Below are positions 11,001 through 26,000 of a stretch of 64,000 nt of DNA, in pieces. The DNA is from Tubiluchus corallicola (taxonomy: Eukaryota > Animalia > Priapulida), in assembly GCA_030141605.1 (NCBI GenBank), contig JAQGDQ010000099.1, forward strand, positions 451,194 to 515,193, in the 5' to 3' direction. Position 1 is the first letter of the stretch; every line of letters starts with the position of its first letter. The translations under genes were made by a program, and so were the position numbers. The notes beneath the pieces are model-generated. The model saw only the letters and a list, made by a program, of their open reading frames with translations, was not told the origin of the DNA and searched no databases.

Positions 11001-14000
11001 TGTGAAACTAGCTCCATATACATTAATGTAAAGTCAAAAAGGGTCTTTGAAAAATATGCAAACAAGTCACTAAAGCCTTACAAATAACCAATAAAATACC
11101 ACAGCAAATATAAACAGTGCGTGAAGAACATCGAGAAAGAACTGCAGCAAATTTTTTTCTTGAATATTTAACATTTTCAACATTACTGAACTCCATAACA
11201 AATGGCTATTCTTTCACAATATAACCCTGCCGTTGATAGGCAAATGTAATGAAGACAAACCTGTGAATATTCGTGCATTTGTTGGCCCGACGGCGCCAAC
11301 AACTTTGTATATGGGAATGTCGGGATCGACAGCATTCAACATCCTCAAAGTCAGGCAACATTGTTGCAACTTGGACTTCGGATCATTCCACCTTTGCCGC
11401 AAAATGAAATCCTAAAACGAAGAAGTAATTACTAATTAGTAACTTTGTTATGCAACATTTCGTGCAGAGCCAGGATTTAATTCAGCCATGAAGAGACTAC
11501 ATTAAGTTGGATGAATCACAAATTAAAGGATTTTCATATTATTACTGCCTGGAAAAATTATAAGCATTAGATCAGCAGGAAAACTGTGAGGATTGAACAG
11601 ACCTAACACAGTCACAAGGAACTGTGCGGTCTAGTGGTTGCAGCACTGGACATAATCCAAAGGCCTCTCATTCAAATCTAGGACCAGTCTCAAATTTTTC
11701 ACACTTCATTTCAGTTGAATAAAATTTCAAAAACTTAATATTCGTGGGTAGACTCACAGTTAACCTACACAGTTAACTTATAGATAGCTCAGCTTTTTCA
11801 AGTATGTTGAAATATGTAATTTGAATTGATGATGTTCCGAACAAGCACTAGTGTTTAAACAACTGGGCTGTGAGTTATACGACAGTGTAACAACTAGTAT
11901 TAGCAATGGCAAATGGAAGATTCCTGGTTCAAATCTGAGCTGGAAAAAATTCCAATTTTTCTTCAGCACGGGATGCTCGAAATCATTCCATAAGATTTGA
12001 AAGCTTATGTCTGATTTGTCTCTCTGCTACATTTTTTCATCAATTTCCAGGCCCCCAAAATTCTAAGAGAAAAGTTCTCTCTGAGAGTTCTCGCAATGAA
12101 TAACGGCGCATTCAGACGAGAGTTTTCTCTCACAAGTTCTTTCGCAAGTTCTCTTTGAGAGTTCTCTCAATTTATAACGACGCGTTCACACTAGAGAGTT
12201 TTCTCTCACAAGTTCTTTCGCAAGTTCTCTTTGAGAATTTTCTCAATGAATAACAATGCATTCAGACTAGAATTTTATCTCACAAGTTATTTTGCAAGTT
12301 CCCACAATTAATAATGGTGCATTCAGACTAGAGAGTTCTCGCAATGCATAACGGGGCATTCTGCCTAGAGAGTTTTCTCTCACAAGTTCTCTCTGAGAGT
12401 GCTTGCAATGAATAACGGGGCATTCTGCCTAGAGAGTTTTCTCTCACAAGTTCTCTCTGAGAGTGCTTGCAATGAATAACGGCACATTCAGATTAGAGAG
12501 CTTTCTCTCACAAGTTCTTTTGCAAGTTCTCTCTGAGAGTTCTGGCAATGAATAACGGCACATTCAGACTACAGAGCTTTCTTTCACAAGTTGCAAGAAA
12601 AAACTTTCTAGTCTGAATGCGCCATTATATAAAGCTTTTGGCAAGAAACAGGCGTCATAAAAACAGCAAATACGGCACAAAGCTTTATGGTTCTTCAACA
12701 TTGAATCAACAATGCATTCCTTTGAAATAATATGACTTTCTAACAGATCTTGTGAAGGGATAAAACACCTTTTCAGAATCAAGAAAAGAGAAAAACCAAA
12801 CCGTACTCGAAGTCGAGGAAAGAAGCACACTTCACAGAATTTCTCGCAGAATTCCAAGTCTTTGTCGACATACAGGGCTCCCAGAAATGCTGTAAAAAAG
12901 AAAATTTCAGTGAAGTGTGGCCACCTAGCAAAAAAACATGGCAAGCTGAAGATCTTCAAGTGATCTTACATGAGAGTGGCACATCTTAGCCAAAGTGAAA
13001 TGGTGACATTATGAACCGTGATAATTTGCAGATTGAGACAGTAGCTTTAATCATTTCTCATTTAAGCATTTAGAATCATTCATTGTACGTGACATGCGCT
13101 AAATACAAGTCCAACAGTCTTTTAGATGTAATTTAAGATTTTTTATTGTCCAAAATGGGCAATCATCGTCTCGTCCCAAAATCACTATCACATCATGACA
13201 TAGGTTGAATGACTGACTGACTGACATATTATGTGCGACTCGAACTTCGTTTTATCTGAAGCAAATAAAAACATTTTCTGCTAAACCAATGTCAAAAGGA
13301 TAATTAACTGCTATAATGAAAATGTGTAATAATATTATGAAATATGAAGAAATCAAACTTACATCTTTGCCGCATCTTACTAACTTGCTAAAGAGAACTC
13401 GACTGACAAAATTTTGATTTAAAATGACACGACGTACTGAACAAGAATGACTTCTTTCCTATCCTGTCTGTAAAATGAGGCCAATGGCCTATTTCCTGTC
13501 CTAGCTCACATGTCTATCAACAAATTTGCAAAAAACAAACACAAGAAGGCACCACGTGCTTATATCCAAAACATTCATCAAAACACTGCTATCACCTAAC
13601 ATTTAATGCTTTTATTGTGAAGTGCCCTTGGAACAATTAATTATTGAAAGTGCACTTTATATATACAAATACATAAATTAAATTAAATAAAATTAAGGAC
13701 CGCATACTAATCTACGTATGTCATGACTTACTGTGAATGTTGAAATTTTGGTGTTTTTCGAGGCTCATGTTATGCTGTTTAAACGTTTGTGTTGATTAAT
13801 CTTTACTGTACAGCTTGTTTGTTAATGTTTAAACACTGATTTTGTTGGAAGTACCAATAAAATAAATATAAGCTAAATTTTACTGTTCATTTATATTTTT
13901 AATCCTGTGAGTAGTTGTGTATGGTAGAGGCCCCAGTACACTGTTTTATCCCGCTGTTAAAATAACCCTGTGTACAGATCTAAGCTTTGTGGACAAGTGG

Positions 14001-17000
14001 AGCACTACGAATGTTTTAAACGCATTACTAAACATCACTATTCAGAAATAATTTTGTTGTATCTATTATAATTACTGCAAATAGTGTAAATTTCACACCA
14101 TTGACTGAATTTCTCAGAAATATAGATTGAAAATAAGATAGTGCTTTTCTAGACTTGCCGTGGTCATAATAGTAAAGAAGACAAAGTACACATAAATCTC
14201 AAAAAAAAAAATTTTCACAAGAGCATGCTGTTAAAAATCTTGCTTGCTGGGCAATACAATCATATAGTCAATGCAGTCAGAAAAATAAAAATTTTCTCTG
14301 CAATATGACTGCACCAGATATCACAGTTTTCGCCGGGTAACTAGATTCTGATTCCGACCACATGGTCACTTGGTGAGTGTCGAAGATCTTGTCCTCGACC
14401 ATGCCAATGAGTGCATAAACTGCTTCCAAATGCAGAGTACCACATAGCCTTGGACCAACAATGACTGCTAAGATTTTATTGCTAATTACTACGAATTACG
14501 GAATATTTTAGATGAAAGTCAAACAAATTTATTAGTTCCTGGATGAGCATTTAAATTCAAAGCACACTTTATATTGCTGCACGATCCACAAAGGTACTCA
14601 TGTACAGGGTGACCTGAACAGCACTTTCCCGCTTTACATGGCAACAATTTTACAGCAAAATATTGCAGAACGGCAAAATGTACGCATGGACGGATGGACG
14701 AACAGACACTCCTTTCAATAACCATATTACGAAACGGCAGAAGGACACTAGACGTGTTATGTTTTAAATCTTACATTAAACTATTACAATTTATTTTACA
14801 TTTCCTATTCTGTGTTAAACTTAAAGTACTAAAATAGTAATTAAGCTAGTTTTGCAGCTCCTTCTTTAACTTCATATTAGTTTTACTGTGAAGTACAGCA
14901 GCAAGGACATAATAATAGTCTCTATCAAATATCAGCACAGCACAGTGCAAGCAACATGAATTAATTTGTTAATATAAGATTGAAAAGGCAATTAGGACGC
15001 GTTTAGGAAAAGTGTAATTAATAAGATGAATATGCGAGTAATCAATGCTTTTTGCTGCATAATGCACATTATGTAAGTTCAGCAATATACAGTGCTCTCC
15101 AGAAAAAATGTTGCTTACAATTTTTTAATTAAAACAAAAAATACAAGTCAAAAGCATAAAAATTTAACAGAATAAATATATATAGAACATATAATTTGTT
15201 ATTCTGTTTAAGTTTTATGCCTTTTTGATTGTAATTTTTGTTTTATTGAAGAATTTGCAGGTAATTTTTTTCTGGACGATCCTGCATCTATAGTACCATA
15301 CTGCCCATAACGTTTAGAATTCTTACAAAGGTTGTGCAACGCTTATACCACACTTACAAAAAACAGATGAAAAGCAGGTACTTCGTTGACAAACTCACAG
15401 TTTATTACAACCATTGTTTCTACAACACGAGGAAAGTTGTCACAGGAGGCAAGGAGTACTTTTTAAATGCTACACCAAGTCAGACCGCTCTTAGAAGACA
15501 CAAACAATCAATGCGTGTTACTGTTTACTGCACAGCCTCGCTTCTAAATGAACGACGACGCAGGGTTGACAACAATGATCTATAAACTTAAAATAAGTTA
15601 GTCACAAAGGCTAAAAATCCATGTGAGAAACAAATAGACTAGACAAACAAGCAAATCAAACAGAAATGAAGAATAACCAAGTGAATAAGAAAAACGAATG
15701 AAAGAAATGAATGAACAAATAAACAAACAAGCAATCAAACAAGACAACGAATAACTGGACGAATGAATGAACAAATAAACAAACAAGCCAACAAACGAAC
15801 AAATAAGAGAACGAATAAATGAAAGAATGAATGGACGAATAAACAAACAAGCCAACAAACAAGAAAACGAATAAACAAACACCACTTTTCTGTTGACGTC
15901 TGCCGATCCACAGATAATCATTTTCACTGTTGGGCTGCAAATATTTCTGTGAAAAGATCCACCGCATCACGCTATACAATAAACGATGATGCTAAAGCGC
16001 AGTTTCTCGCGCATCTGGAAGTAGGGAAGCGGAAGTCGCCTTCCCTACTTCCAGATTGGAAGAGAGCCTTACACCTGACACTGCCACCATGCAGCCTTGG
16101 CGCTGCACAAGCCACCTCACCTGGAGGCATACAATGCAGGCAGTAAGGAGCTGTGGCGCAGCTAGTAGGGGAGCAAGGGGAGCAACTGCTCCCCCGAGCA
16201 AATTTGCTCTTTAGTTCACTTGTGCGATAACAGTCGAATCTTTTTTATTTTTTTAATCGGCGTGGTCTTGGAAGAATTTTCTGGAGTCTTTACTTTATTT
16301 TGAATTGAATTAAAATCTTTATTTCAGATTTTTTTTTATATAAAAAGGAGCTAAAACGCAGAGTTAGAGATAACTGTAACTCTGTTTGATCAACTTTCCT
16401 CCCATGTTTTTGAAATGAGCGTGCATTTACACAACTTATTTGTTAAGGTTGTCATATGCTGATACTGTCTGTTGTGGCACAGACAATTAAACATATAATT
16501 GTTGCATGTGCCACGGAGCCTTTTTTATGTTCTTGCTCCTCCTAAGTTTAGAACGTGGCTAACCCCTGGTAAGGAGATTTCTTACGCCCGACCTCGACGC
16601 AAAAATCCACCTAGCCAGTTCCTGATCTGACGTCCTTGATAAAGTGTGAGGTAAACCGTTATATGAGCATCATCAGAGTGGTCCTGCTGCAGGCGAACGA
16701 GCTGAAATAGTTGCAAATACCTGCTGGCCATGACTGATTAGAATAATAAAACTTGTACCACAAACACACATTTACCCAGCGAACAAAACGACTGTCTGAT
16801 GTTTTTTATATGCGGGAAGCATTAGACACCAAGTCACGTTCGATCAGGGTAATATCTTAGAATTGTTGGATTACGCTACGCAAGTTAAGTAGAATTCGAC
16901 AGGTGATCTCTAGATTGCCCAATAATTTTAAGACTCTCAGTTAAGACGTAAAACATGTCAGCGACGGACTTTTCAGGTTTTTTCAGTAGGTTTGAAAAAA

Positions 17001-20000
17001 ATAAGTACGTTGTCAGAGGGTTTCAAAAACAAGTTCGTCCTCAACACCTATTCTCGAAATAATAAAGAAAATGGAATCGCAGCAAATGGATGGTGACCTC
17101 GTGACGTGGGGATGCAGGTTTTGATTGGAAATTTTTGTAAAAGAATAATTAAATAAATTAAACTGAGAAAACGCTGCATAGATCGAGCAACTACTGCAAA
17201 ACGCCTAATAGAAAAATCTAATTTCAAATGTGATGAAGGTTAAAAATAGAAAAGCAATTAATTCCACAGCGACGTCAATTCAAGCGTAAAGAACCAGTTC
17301 TGGAAAATGTTCTCTTATTTTACAAATTTATATCCAGGCCAAAAATAGTAGTAAAGCTAATTCGGAGAAAAGCTGCTTTCTCAGTGACCTTTATTCTAAA
17401 TCTAGTGTCCTTTCTGGCATCAGTGTCTTTCTTATTCTCCATCATCGAACACATCATTTTCATCGCAACCTTCCTTTCTCCAACAAAGTAATAGTTCCCG
17501 CCTCCTTTTTGCTGTAATGTTCTCTTCCGCATTATTATTTTCTGTGGTCCTTTTCCTCTCAGCTCTCTTATTTGTTCAACTCCTCTATGGCTGCCTACTT
17601 GTCGCTCAATGATTCTAGTTCTCTATTGAACCTGCCTGTTGAATCTACTACCTTGACTTAACGTACTGTCTACTTTATCACCTGTTCTGTTGTACAAATG
17701 TTTAAATTCTTTTTATTGACTAATTCTGTCTTTCGGCAAAAATTAACTATAGCAGCCCATTTTGAGTAGTAATACAGGCTTTTCTAGCTTGTAGTTGAAA
17801 ACTTGTAGTCGAAAGTTGAAAACAATATGACACGTGGGTAAAACGTGATGTTTCTGTATCGTCTGAGTTGACACAGTGGTCTGACAGCATGTGTCTTAGA
17901 CTTTTGAATCACAAACATTTTGCTAATACCTTTGGGATCCCAGTTTCCAATATCGTATGAGTTGTTACAGTGGTTTGACAGCCAGGATGTTAGACATTTG
18001 AATCACAAACATTTGGCTTTGACTATATGGATTCCAGATTCCAATATCGCCTGAGTTGTCATAGTGGTCAGAAAGCCTGCATCTTAGACGTTTGAAGGAC
18101 AAACATTTGACTTTGACCATTTGGATCCCAGATTGTCAGCCTCAATGCTTGGACTTCAGATGCTTCACAGATTCAGCTAACAAATTTTAACCAATTTTGG
18201 AATGCCTATGTCCTAAACGTTTAAGTTCTAGACATTTGGCTTTGGGTCAATAAGTGTTCCAGCTAGCAAATTTTAGACAATTTTGTAACTCTCACTATAT
18301 TAATTGACCAATTTACGTTTCTATTCTTTATTCCCCTACAGGTTGTCACAATCATTTTTATTCTAAATATTGGGGATAAAAATAGGAAATCAATGTTTTC
18401 TGTACACTAGCAAGCATTTACTTGCAGTATATTAAAGACTATAAACGTACTAGAATCTCTTCATCTTTTTAGGTCGTGTTAAGCAGACTCTATATACATT
18501 TTCAGTATCAATGCAAGCCTCAGTTTGTCATACCTAATGGCAAAGCCCAACCTTTTCTATTTATTTCAAAATGCTATAAGAAAACTAATTTGATATTGTA
18601 GTCTTACATGAAACAACGGCAGCAGCTGCAGCAGCAGTACTAGAACCACCACCAGCAGCAACAACACCGACGCTGCCGAAAACAAAACAGCAACGTCAAC
18701 AAAGACAGTAACAGAAATAGTTTTAACGATGATAATGACAACGTTAACGTCGACAACAACACAACAACGATATTAAACGAAAACAGGATGTTTTTTCATA
18801 TCCTACCTCATTTTGAATTACCGTAAAAATACTAGTTTGAGTTTGAAATCTTAGTTAACGGTGGGCGAGCCCAACTAGTGCGGGCATCTCAAAGAACCTA
18901 GTTTTCAACAGCAAAAAAATTCCATGAGCATATTGCACGTGTTTGTAAAAGCAAAGATTGAAGTACATTGCTACTGTAAGAGATTCAGTGTGATATACTA
19001 AAACTCGGCAAGTTTTAGGGTAAAAATTCAAATTTCAAATTTACCGCTGTGCTCAAACATGAACTCTCGAAACGTGCACTGCATCACAACCGAACATCTC
19101 TGATTTGAGAGGTGCAGCACTTGTATTTTGTGCAACACGTTTCCGAAATGCAGGCACTAGTGCCCATCTAACTAGCAAGTGGTGAAATGCATGTAAATGC
19201 ATGTAATAGCGAAGAACTACTGCGCGAACGCTATATTGCGTTTGTGTGGTAATTATTCTTTCACCTAAGTCATTCTTGAAAAAATAATATGTTCCCTTTC
19301 AATATTTTAAAGAGTAGATTGTTCTGATCTAGAGTTTAAGATTGGGTCTCGTTTTCCTTTAATAATACTAGCACCAACAAGGCAACAACGACATGATTTC
19401 GGCAGCATCAATGACATTAACAATGACAGCGACAATGATGACATGACGACGACGACAGCAACAAAAACAACAACAACAACAACTGAGACAATAGCAACAT
19501 CAATAACTGCACCAGCAGCACTAGAAGTACAGCTGGTGCTGCTTAATAAAGTTTATTACAGACCAAATAAATAGTATACAATGTACATTAAAATATATAA
19601 TGCATATATGTACAGATATGCATCATATTGAAACATACAATACGCACTAATGTACCCGACAACAATGACAATAGCAACAACAACTTCAAAAACAATGCCA
19701 ATAAAACAGACAACAATAACAAAGACAGCAACAGCGACAACTGCAGCCACAGCAGCAGCAGTAATAACAACAGCAGCAGCAACAACAACAGCTATTGACT
19801 GCTACTGCTACTACTACTACACTACTACAATAGCACCAGCAAGCTGCACCACCACCTGCGTTTCACAGCAGAAATTCAAGCATTTGTGAACTTTGAACTT
19901 TACTTTATTTTAAGAATCCATTCATTGGTTATTCTTTCTAGGAAAAACTCTTTGGAGAAAAGTCAAACTCAGAAAAAATGGCTCTTTACAAGGAACTCAT

Positions 20001-23000
20001 GTGTCACCGTGACCATAAAGCTAGTTCCACTAACTATAGCATATTTCTACAACAGTTTATATCCATTACTACGCCCACGAATAAACAGAATAAATGCATT
20101 CCCGAAAAAACCGGACTGATAGTCATTAAAACTTTGAGAACATTGAAAAACCTTGAGAAGTTTCCTCGACTGACCTGGCGCCTGCCTTGAGGGAAAGGGC
20201 GTAAGCCATACCGACATGCCACACAATTCAAAACTCATCTGTAGGATTTTTGGGAATTTGGTGCAGGTTGTCTGTTCCTGTTATGTCCTGTTATGCTCGT
20301 GCGTTTTAATTTGCCTGTGGGCAAAAAACCTGTCATGAATACAGTATTTTGTTTTTTGCTGAGTAAAAAATTCAGGAATGTCATTAGACATACACTCGAA
20401 AATGCAAGATACTTAAGTTACACCACGAGTTTGGTCACTCTATCCAATCATAGATAAAAAATTCAATTATGGACAACTTTTTTAACATCAAATTTCTATA
20501 AGCAAAACGTAAAAGCCTTTCTCTTGCACTTTCACCATCTGTCTGTCTGATGTCGATCGATCGATCGATAGATAGAAAGATCTGTCTCTGTCTGTATATC
20601 TATCTATCTGTCTGTCTATCTACCTGTTGTGAAACTGTGATTGATTCATTTTTTGACCTGGTTAAATTGTCTGCTTGTCAACTGTTAAAGCCTTGTACTA
20701 CTGTACTATATCTGTTATAATTGTGTACGGCATTTTCATTTTAGTTTATCGGTTATTTTGCATACATTAACAAAAGGCTTCAAGTAATATTAAATATTGA
20801 TAACAAATATATCTTTCTTTAGTTAGTAACAGAATTTTTATTATAAATTTATAATACTTATATTTATTAAACATGTCTCGCAACAAGCTGTTAAGTGTCA
20901 CGCGATTAACTAAATTAATATCAATGTCGTAAAAATAGAGGTAGCTGCTAGGTGACTTCATGGTCTTTCGCTACCCTGTCTCAATGTAGTGTTTATAATC
21001 TTAAAGAAACATTGTATATAATTATAGGTGTAATTTAAATGAGACAAATAAAATCTACTCTAATCTAATCCATCCATCCATCCATCCATCCATCCATCCA
21101 TCCATCCATCCATCCATCCATCCATCCATCCATCCATCCTTCCATCCATCTTTCACATAAAACAAGCAACAGCTAGATGAGATAATTCTGGTATCAACTC
21201 TATTCATGAAACAAGTATCACCGGAAGACAGACATTTTGATAAAACAAAGAGCATTAACTGAGCCATTTCTGCTCTTACGTTCCCATACAAAATAACTAG
21301 CATCGAGGCTTTTTTATCCTTATAGTTCTCGATAAATCGAGTTCCAGATAAAACACGTAGCATCGAGTGTAAAAACTTTTTTCTTCCAGTTCAGGATAAA
21401 ACAAACTGCATCAAGAGATAACATTCCTACTGTTAACCTTAGGGATAAAGCAAATAACATTTTCACTTCAAGAAAAATAAGTGACATCGAGAGGAGGCAT
21501 TTCTGTTGTAACCATAGAAAACAAAACAAGTGGCATCGAGGACAGACATTTATGCTGTTGCAGTTGAAGATAAAACAAGAGGTGTTGAAGAACAATATCA
21601 TCAATGTTACAGTTCTAAATAAAACAAGTAACACTGAGGCTGATATAAAACTTTAAGATAAAACAAGTGGCACGGGAAAGAGTTGTTGTTGTTACTGTTC
21701 AATGTAAAACAGACGACATTGCAGGACAAAACAAGCTGCATTGAAATACTATAGTTACAGATAAATCAAACAGCATCAAGGAGGCGTTTCTGTGTTCAAA
21801 GTTCTAGATCAAATAACAATAGTGCTGAGTGGCAAGTTTTTCGAAGTTCTTTTGGGAAAATTTAGTCAGCATCTCACTTGGAATATTCATAGAATTTTCC
21901 CATAAAAACAAAAGCAGCATGATCCAATAGTGATCAGGATGTCCTGTTAGTAGTAGACAGCACATGTTTTAATTTCACCTTAGGCATAACACCTGCACAT
22001 CCATCACTGGAAGATCTAAGAAAGTGTGAGATAAACATGACGCCCAAACAAACGCATTGGTTTGTGTAACTATTAAATTTATTTTTTTTCAAAAGAAGAA
22101 GTACACATGCCTTCTAAAAGCTTGCGTCGTTTATTTATTTATCAATAAATTACTTATTCCATGAGTTAAAACTATTACATAGCATTGTACAATTTGCACA
22201 CATTATTATAAAAATACATTCTACATCAATATAAAACAACAAAATTACAACAAAAAGCACTCAAGAAAAGGAGATGATGAAGTAAAACTCTTATTTTGCT
22301 TTCCATTTTAATTATCGTTATTTTATCCTTAAAACTAATTTTTGACATTAATGTGTACAATTATAGTTTAAAAATTCAGTTAAATGGAAATAAAACAAAA
22401 TATTGGTCAATCACGGACTAAACGCAATAAAAATGTTTAATTCAGACTTGTTTGATGGGCCTGGATTTGAACCAGGGATCTTTGGTTCACAAATCTATTG
22501 TCATGATCACTGGATTAACATAACCTATTGTGTAAACATTTTATAGAAATTTTATTTGAAATGAATTACATTTCAATGCTGTTTATTTTAATAAGTTCCT
22601 GTTTATGTGAATAATACCCTTGGGCTACATTGACAAGTTTATAATCAACACAGCACGTGAAGTGAGCATGTCAGAAGTTTATGATTCCATGTATTATCTT
22701 TTCAAATTTAGAAACATTCTAAAAATCTTGTCATTGAAAACCACATCACCTTTTATTATGTAAATTTAACGTTGATACAAGGAATACTGATATTTGCAAA
22801 GCACAATGAGAACTCAAACTATGGAGGTTCGGCTCTACCACTAGACAAACTAGGCAGTTGTGCAGGGCGCCAAATTCTGGAAGTAATTGTTTAATTTTTA
22901 AATTTGGCATAAGTAGGATAACGTAATGTATGTGTAATGGCTTAAGCGCACAACACTATAATTAAATGAAGTGAACTACTTGCGTTATTTTCCAGTGATT

Positions 23001-26000
23001 CATCGACGCTAGAAGGCGTCTTCCCACAGCAAAACACTTTCTACTTTTGCTTTATCTGGTTTCCTAATATAACGTCACTTCACTCATTTCACTTCACTAC
23101 TGCCTTTTACCCGTAGTTTCTATTGTATGTATAGAGCAGCAGAGTTAAGGAAGTGTTCATAGTGATGATCCTATTGCTAATAAAATAGTTTAATACAACA
23201 GCATTTATCAAATTATGTTAGATAAACTTAGAAGACTTAAAACTTCAGAAGCGAAATTCATGAAATGAAAGGTAAAAAAGCTGGCGGACGGCGACATTGA
23301 ACAGCAAAAGGAATCTCTAATAAGGTATTCGCAACCAGGCCAGAGTTATTGTTGTGAAGATGATGAAGCTAATGAAATGGATGTATACGTGAAAAAACGA
23401 GTTAGGGTTTCAAAACTTTTCTGAAGAAAAGGACAAGGGAAAATTTACCTAAGAGTAGCAAAAATTGCAGAAATTTGATTGATTCTGAAGACCCACGAGG
23501 CACAATGGGGTCATAAATTCAATGTCAACTAAACTGATAGTTAACTGTACGTAATTAGTACACTATAATACACGTATAAGCCTTACACACAGGTATCGTT
23601 ATACTTTATTATAATAATATACAAAAAAATGCAATTTGGGGGTTATGGTGGGGACCGTGAGGGAAGAGGTTGACCGTTGAGGAGGCGGTGCTAAAAATAC
23701 TTCTGCCTAGGGCGTCAAACTACAAGTAAATTTGGCCCTGAAGCTATATTTAGTGGTTAGAAAGTTTTGCAACACTCAAAATGGGTTTAATGTTCATTGC
23801 TATTGTACACTGACAAGTTACATCAGAGTTTCCTGTAAGAACTGCTCAATGTTTTATTGATGCACGTTTAAACTTTGCATAGCTTTGGAGTATAACTTGT
23901 TATGAATATTGTTGTCGCCATTGCTGCTGCTGTTACTGATGCTAATAGTGCTGCCCGTCAGGCACTAATGTTGCTAATTTAAATAAACCAACGCGGCTAT
24001 AAACAGAGCATGCGCAGTAGGACCTGTTACTACCAAACAACACTGGTCAGTAGTCACGTTTCGCCATTACGAGAATAGATTTTTAGCTTCTGTTTTCGTT
24101 AGTTATCCAGAAAAGGCAATAAATTTCACACTAGGAGTAATAACTTATACTTGTACTCGATGAGTTTGCATTAGTCTCCAAGTTTCACTTTTAAGCTTAA
24201 AGTAGTTCAACGAACAATGAAGTTATGCTCCACAAAAAGCAAGGAAATCACAACCGTTACTGTAAGAATATTCACATAATTATTTTGGTAGTAATAGAAG
24301 ACATCTCTTGATGTTCTTGTGGAACTGAGCGCGGGTTGTAGCTCCCAGAAAAACAATTTTCTGGTAGAAAATACCACATCTAAGAAGCTCGAGGGAAAAA
24401 TTGGATTTACGAACAGATATTCTACATTTAGGAACGCCCAGTGGAACGCTATGAGAATCAGCAGAAAAGAAGAGCAGATTTTGTTGCATGAAGATTTTTT
24501 TCTAGAAGACAAGTACATGCAAAATTAAGGGAGAAAATGATTTTTTTTAATTTTTAAGTCACCGTTCAGGATTGTAATGAATTTTAAAAAAGGAGCACCT
24601 GAAATGAAAAAATCTCAAGCAATCTTAGAAAGCCCCATGCAAACTCTACCCCCAAGCACCCACGTTTTGCCAAGCTACACTGCTACTACAGACTGTTTTA
24701 GACTTGCCTTCCAGTAGATCAGCCCTGTCTTTGACCTTGTAGTCCTTGTCGTATTTTGGATGTTTGATGACGTACTCCATCATACCTAGATCGTCACAGA
24801 CCTGAGCTTGCGTCTGACTGTTCACCAAGGAACTGCGCAGTAACTGAAAAAAAAAAAACAAACAAACGTGAAAACAGTTAATGAATTTATATTAAGCAAT
24901 AAAGAACGCGGAAGAACATCCAGACGAACGTTCCGGAAATGCGGAAGATCGAGTTTCTCTGTTCAGAAACCGACTGATTGACTAGCTGACCGATTAACTG
25001 CCGCAATACACCCTCCGCGAGAATATGGGCATACCAAGAAAAAAATGAGAAATTATATGTAATTCAGACAAGTTCAAGTTTAGTTTATTTTACATCGACA
25101 CAATACGTTGTACATGTACATATTACTGTACAATAATAATACATTGAACAAGATCACTGAACATCATAATAATTACACATTGAACAAGACATTTTAGTCT
25201 ATCGGTTACAAATTATTTTAAATTTTGTTTACAACAAGCCACTGTGTCGCAAATCGCTCTGAAAACAAAGCTTGTTAGAGTGATTTGACAAAAAAATTTA
25301 TGAAAAACATACAGTGAGCCAGATTAGGGTTAGTTAAGCAGGATTTAAAAGGGTTAGTAAGGAGGGGTTAATGAATGACCACTATGATAGAGCACAATGT
25401 AGTTAATTACATATCTAAGTCAGATTTTAATTGGATGAAATCCTGTACTGCTAGATAGCTTTTGCACTTCTAAGCAGTTCTAAAACCAAAACTGGCACAG
25501 ACGTCTCAGCCACTATTTGGATGTATAAATATCCTCCCTTTATAGGATAAGCAGCCTAGGTAAACCGGCCAAAGTGAGTGTCGAGCCCATGCCATTCACA
25601 CGAAGTGCAGGGATCCTATCACTCTGCCACAGACCTGGCCACATTTCAGTATGGATTGAACATCGCAGTAAAGTTAGAAACAAATTCATTTAATTTCAAC
25701 AATTCAACAACAAAAATTCAATTTTCGACTAGGATGTAAGAGACTTAGACTTTTCAACAGCATGTGTAGACTCAAAAAGATACTTTCAATTTGGAAATAA
25801 ACGGAATCGAGCATTAGCACAATAAGTTGATAACTATAGTAAATATCAGGTGTCATACTTTGAGCAATAATAAATTTTCACATCCCTGACAGTAATAATT
25901 TAACTGAAGAATGAAGACAATATATATGAGCAATAAAGCACGCCGAAGAACACGCAGACGCAGTTTGTATCCCAAACAAATGCAAATACTCGAACGAACA

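Noticed and set aside
11617-11945. tRNA-like segments with A-box/B-box-like words (GGTCTAGTGG, TTCAAATC); similar at ~22455-22515 (minus) and ~62420-62470
   Set aside because: No convincing cloverleaf or acceptor stem; probably decayed tRNA-derived SINE heads
12068-12623. CRISPR-like regular repeats (also 21155-21810)
   Set aside because: No unique spacers, units are degenerate tandem copies, no cas genes, eukaryotic intron context
15598-21363. Hydrophobic or low-complexity ORFs (15598-15979, 19556-19889, 21055-21363)
   Set aside because: Translations of tetra- and trinucleotide repeats; no splice or domain support
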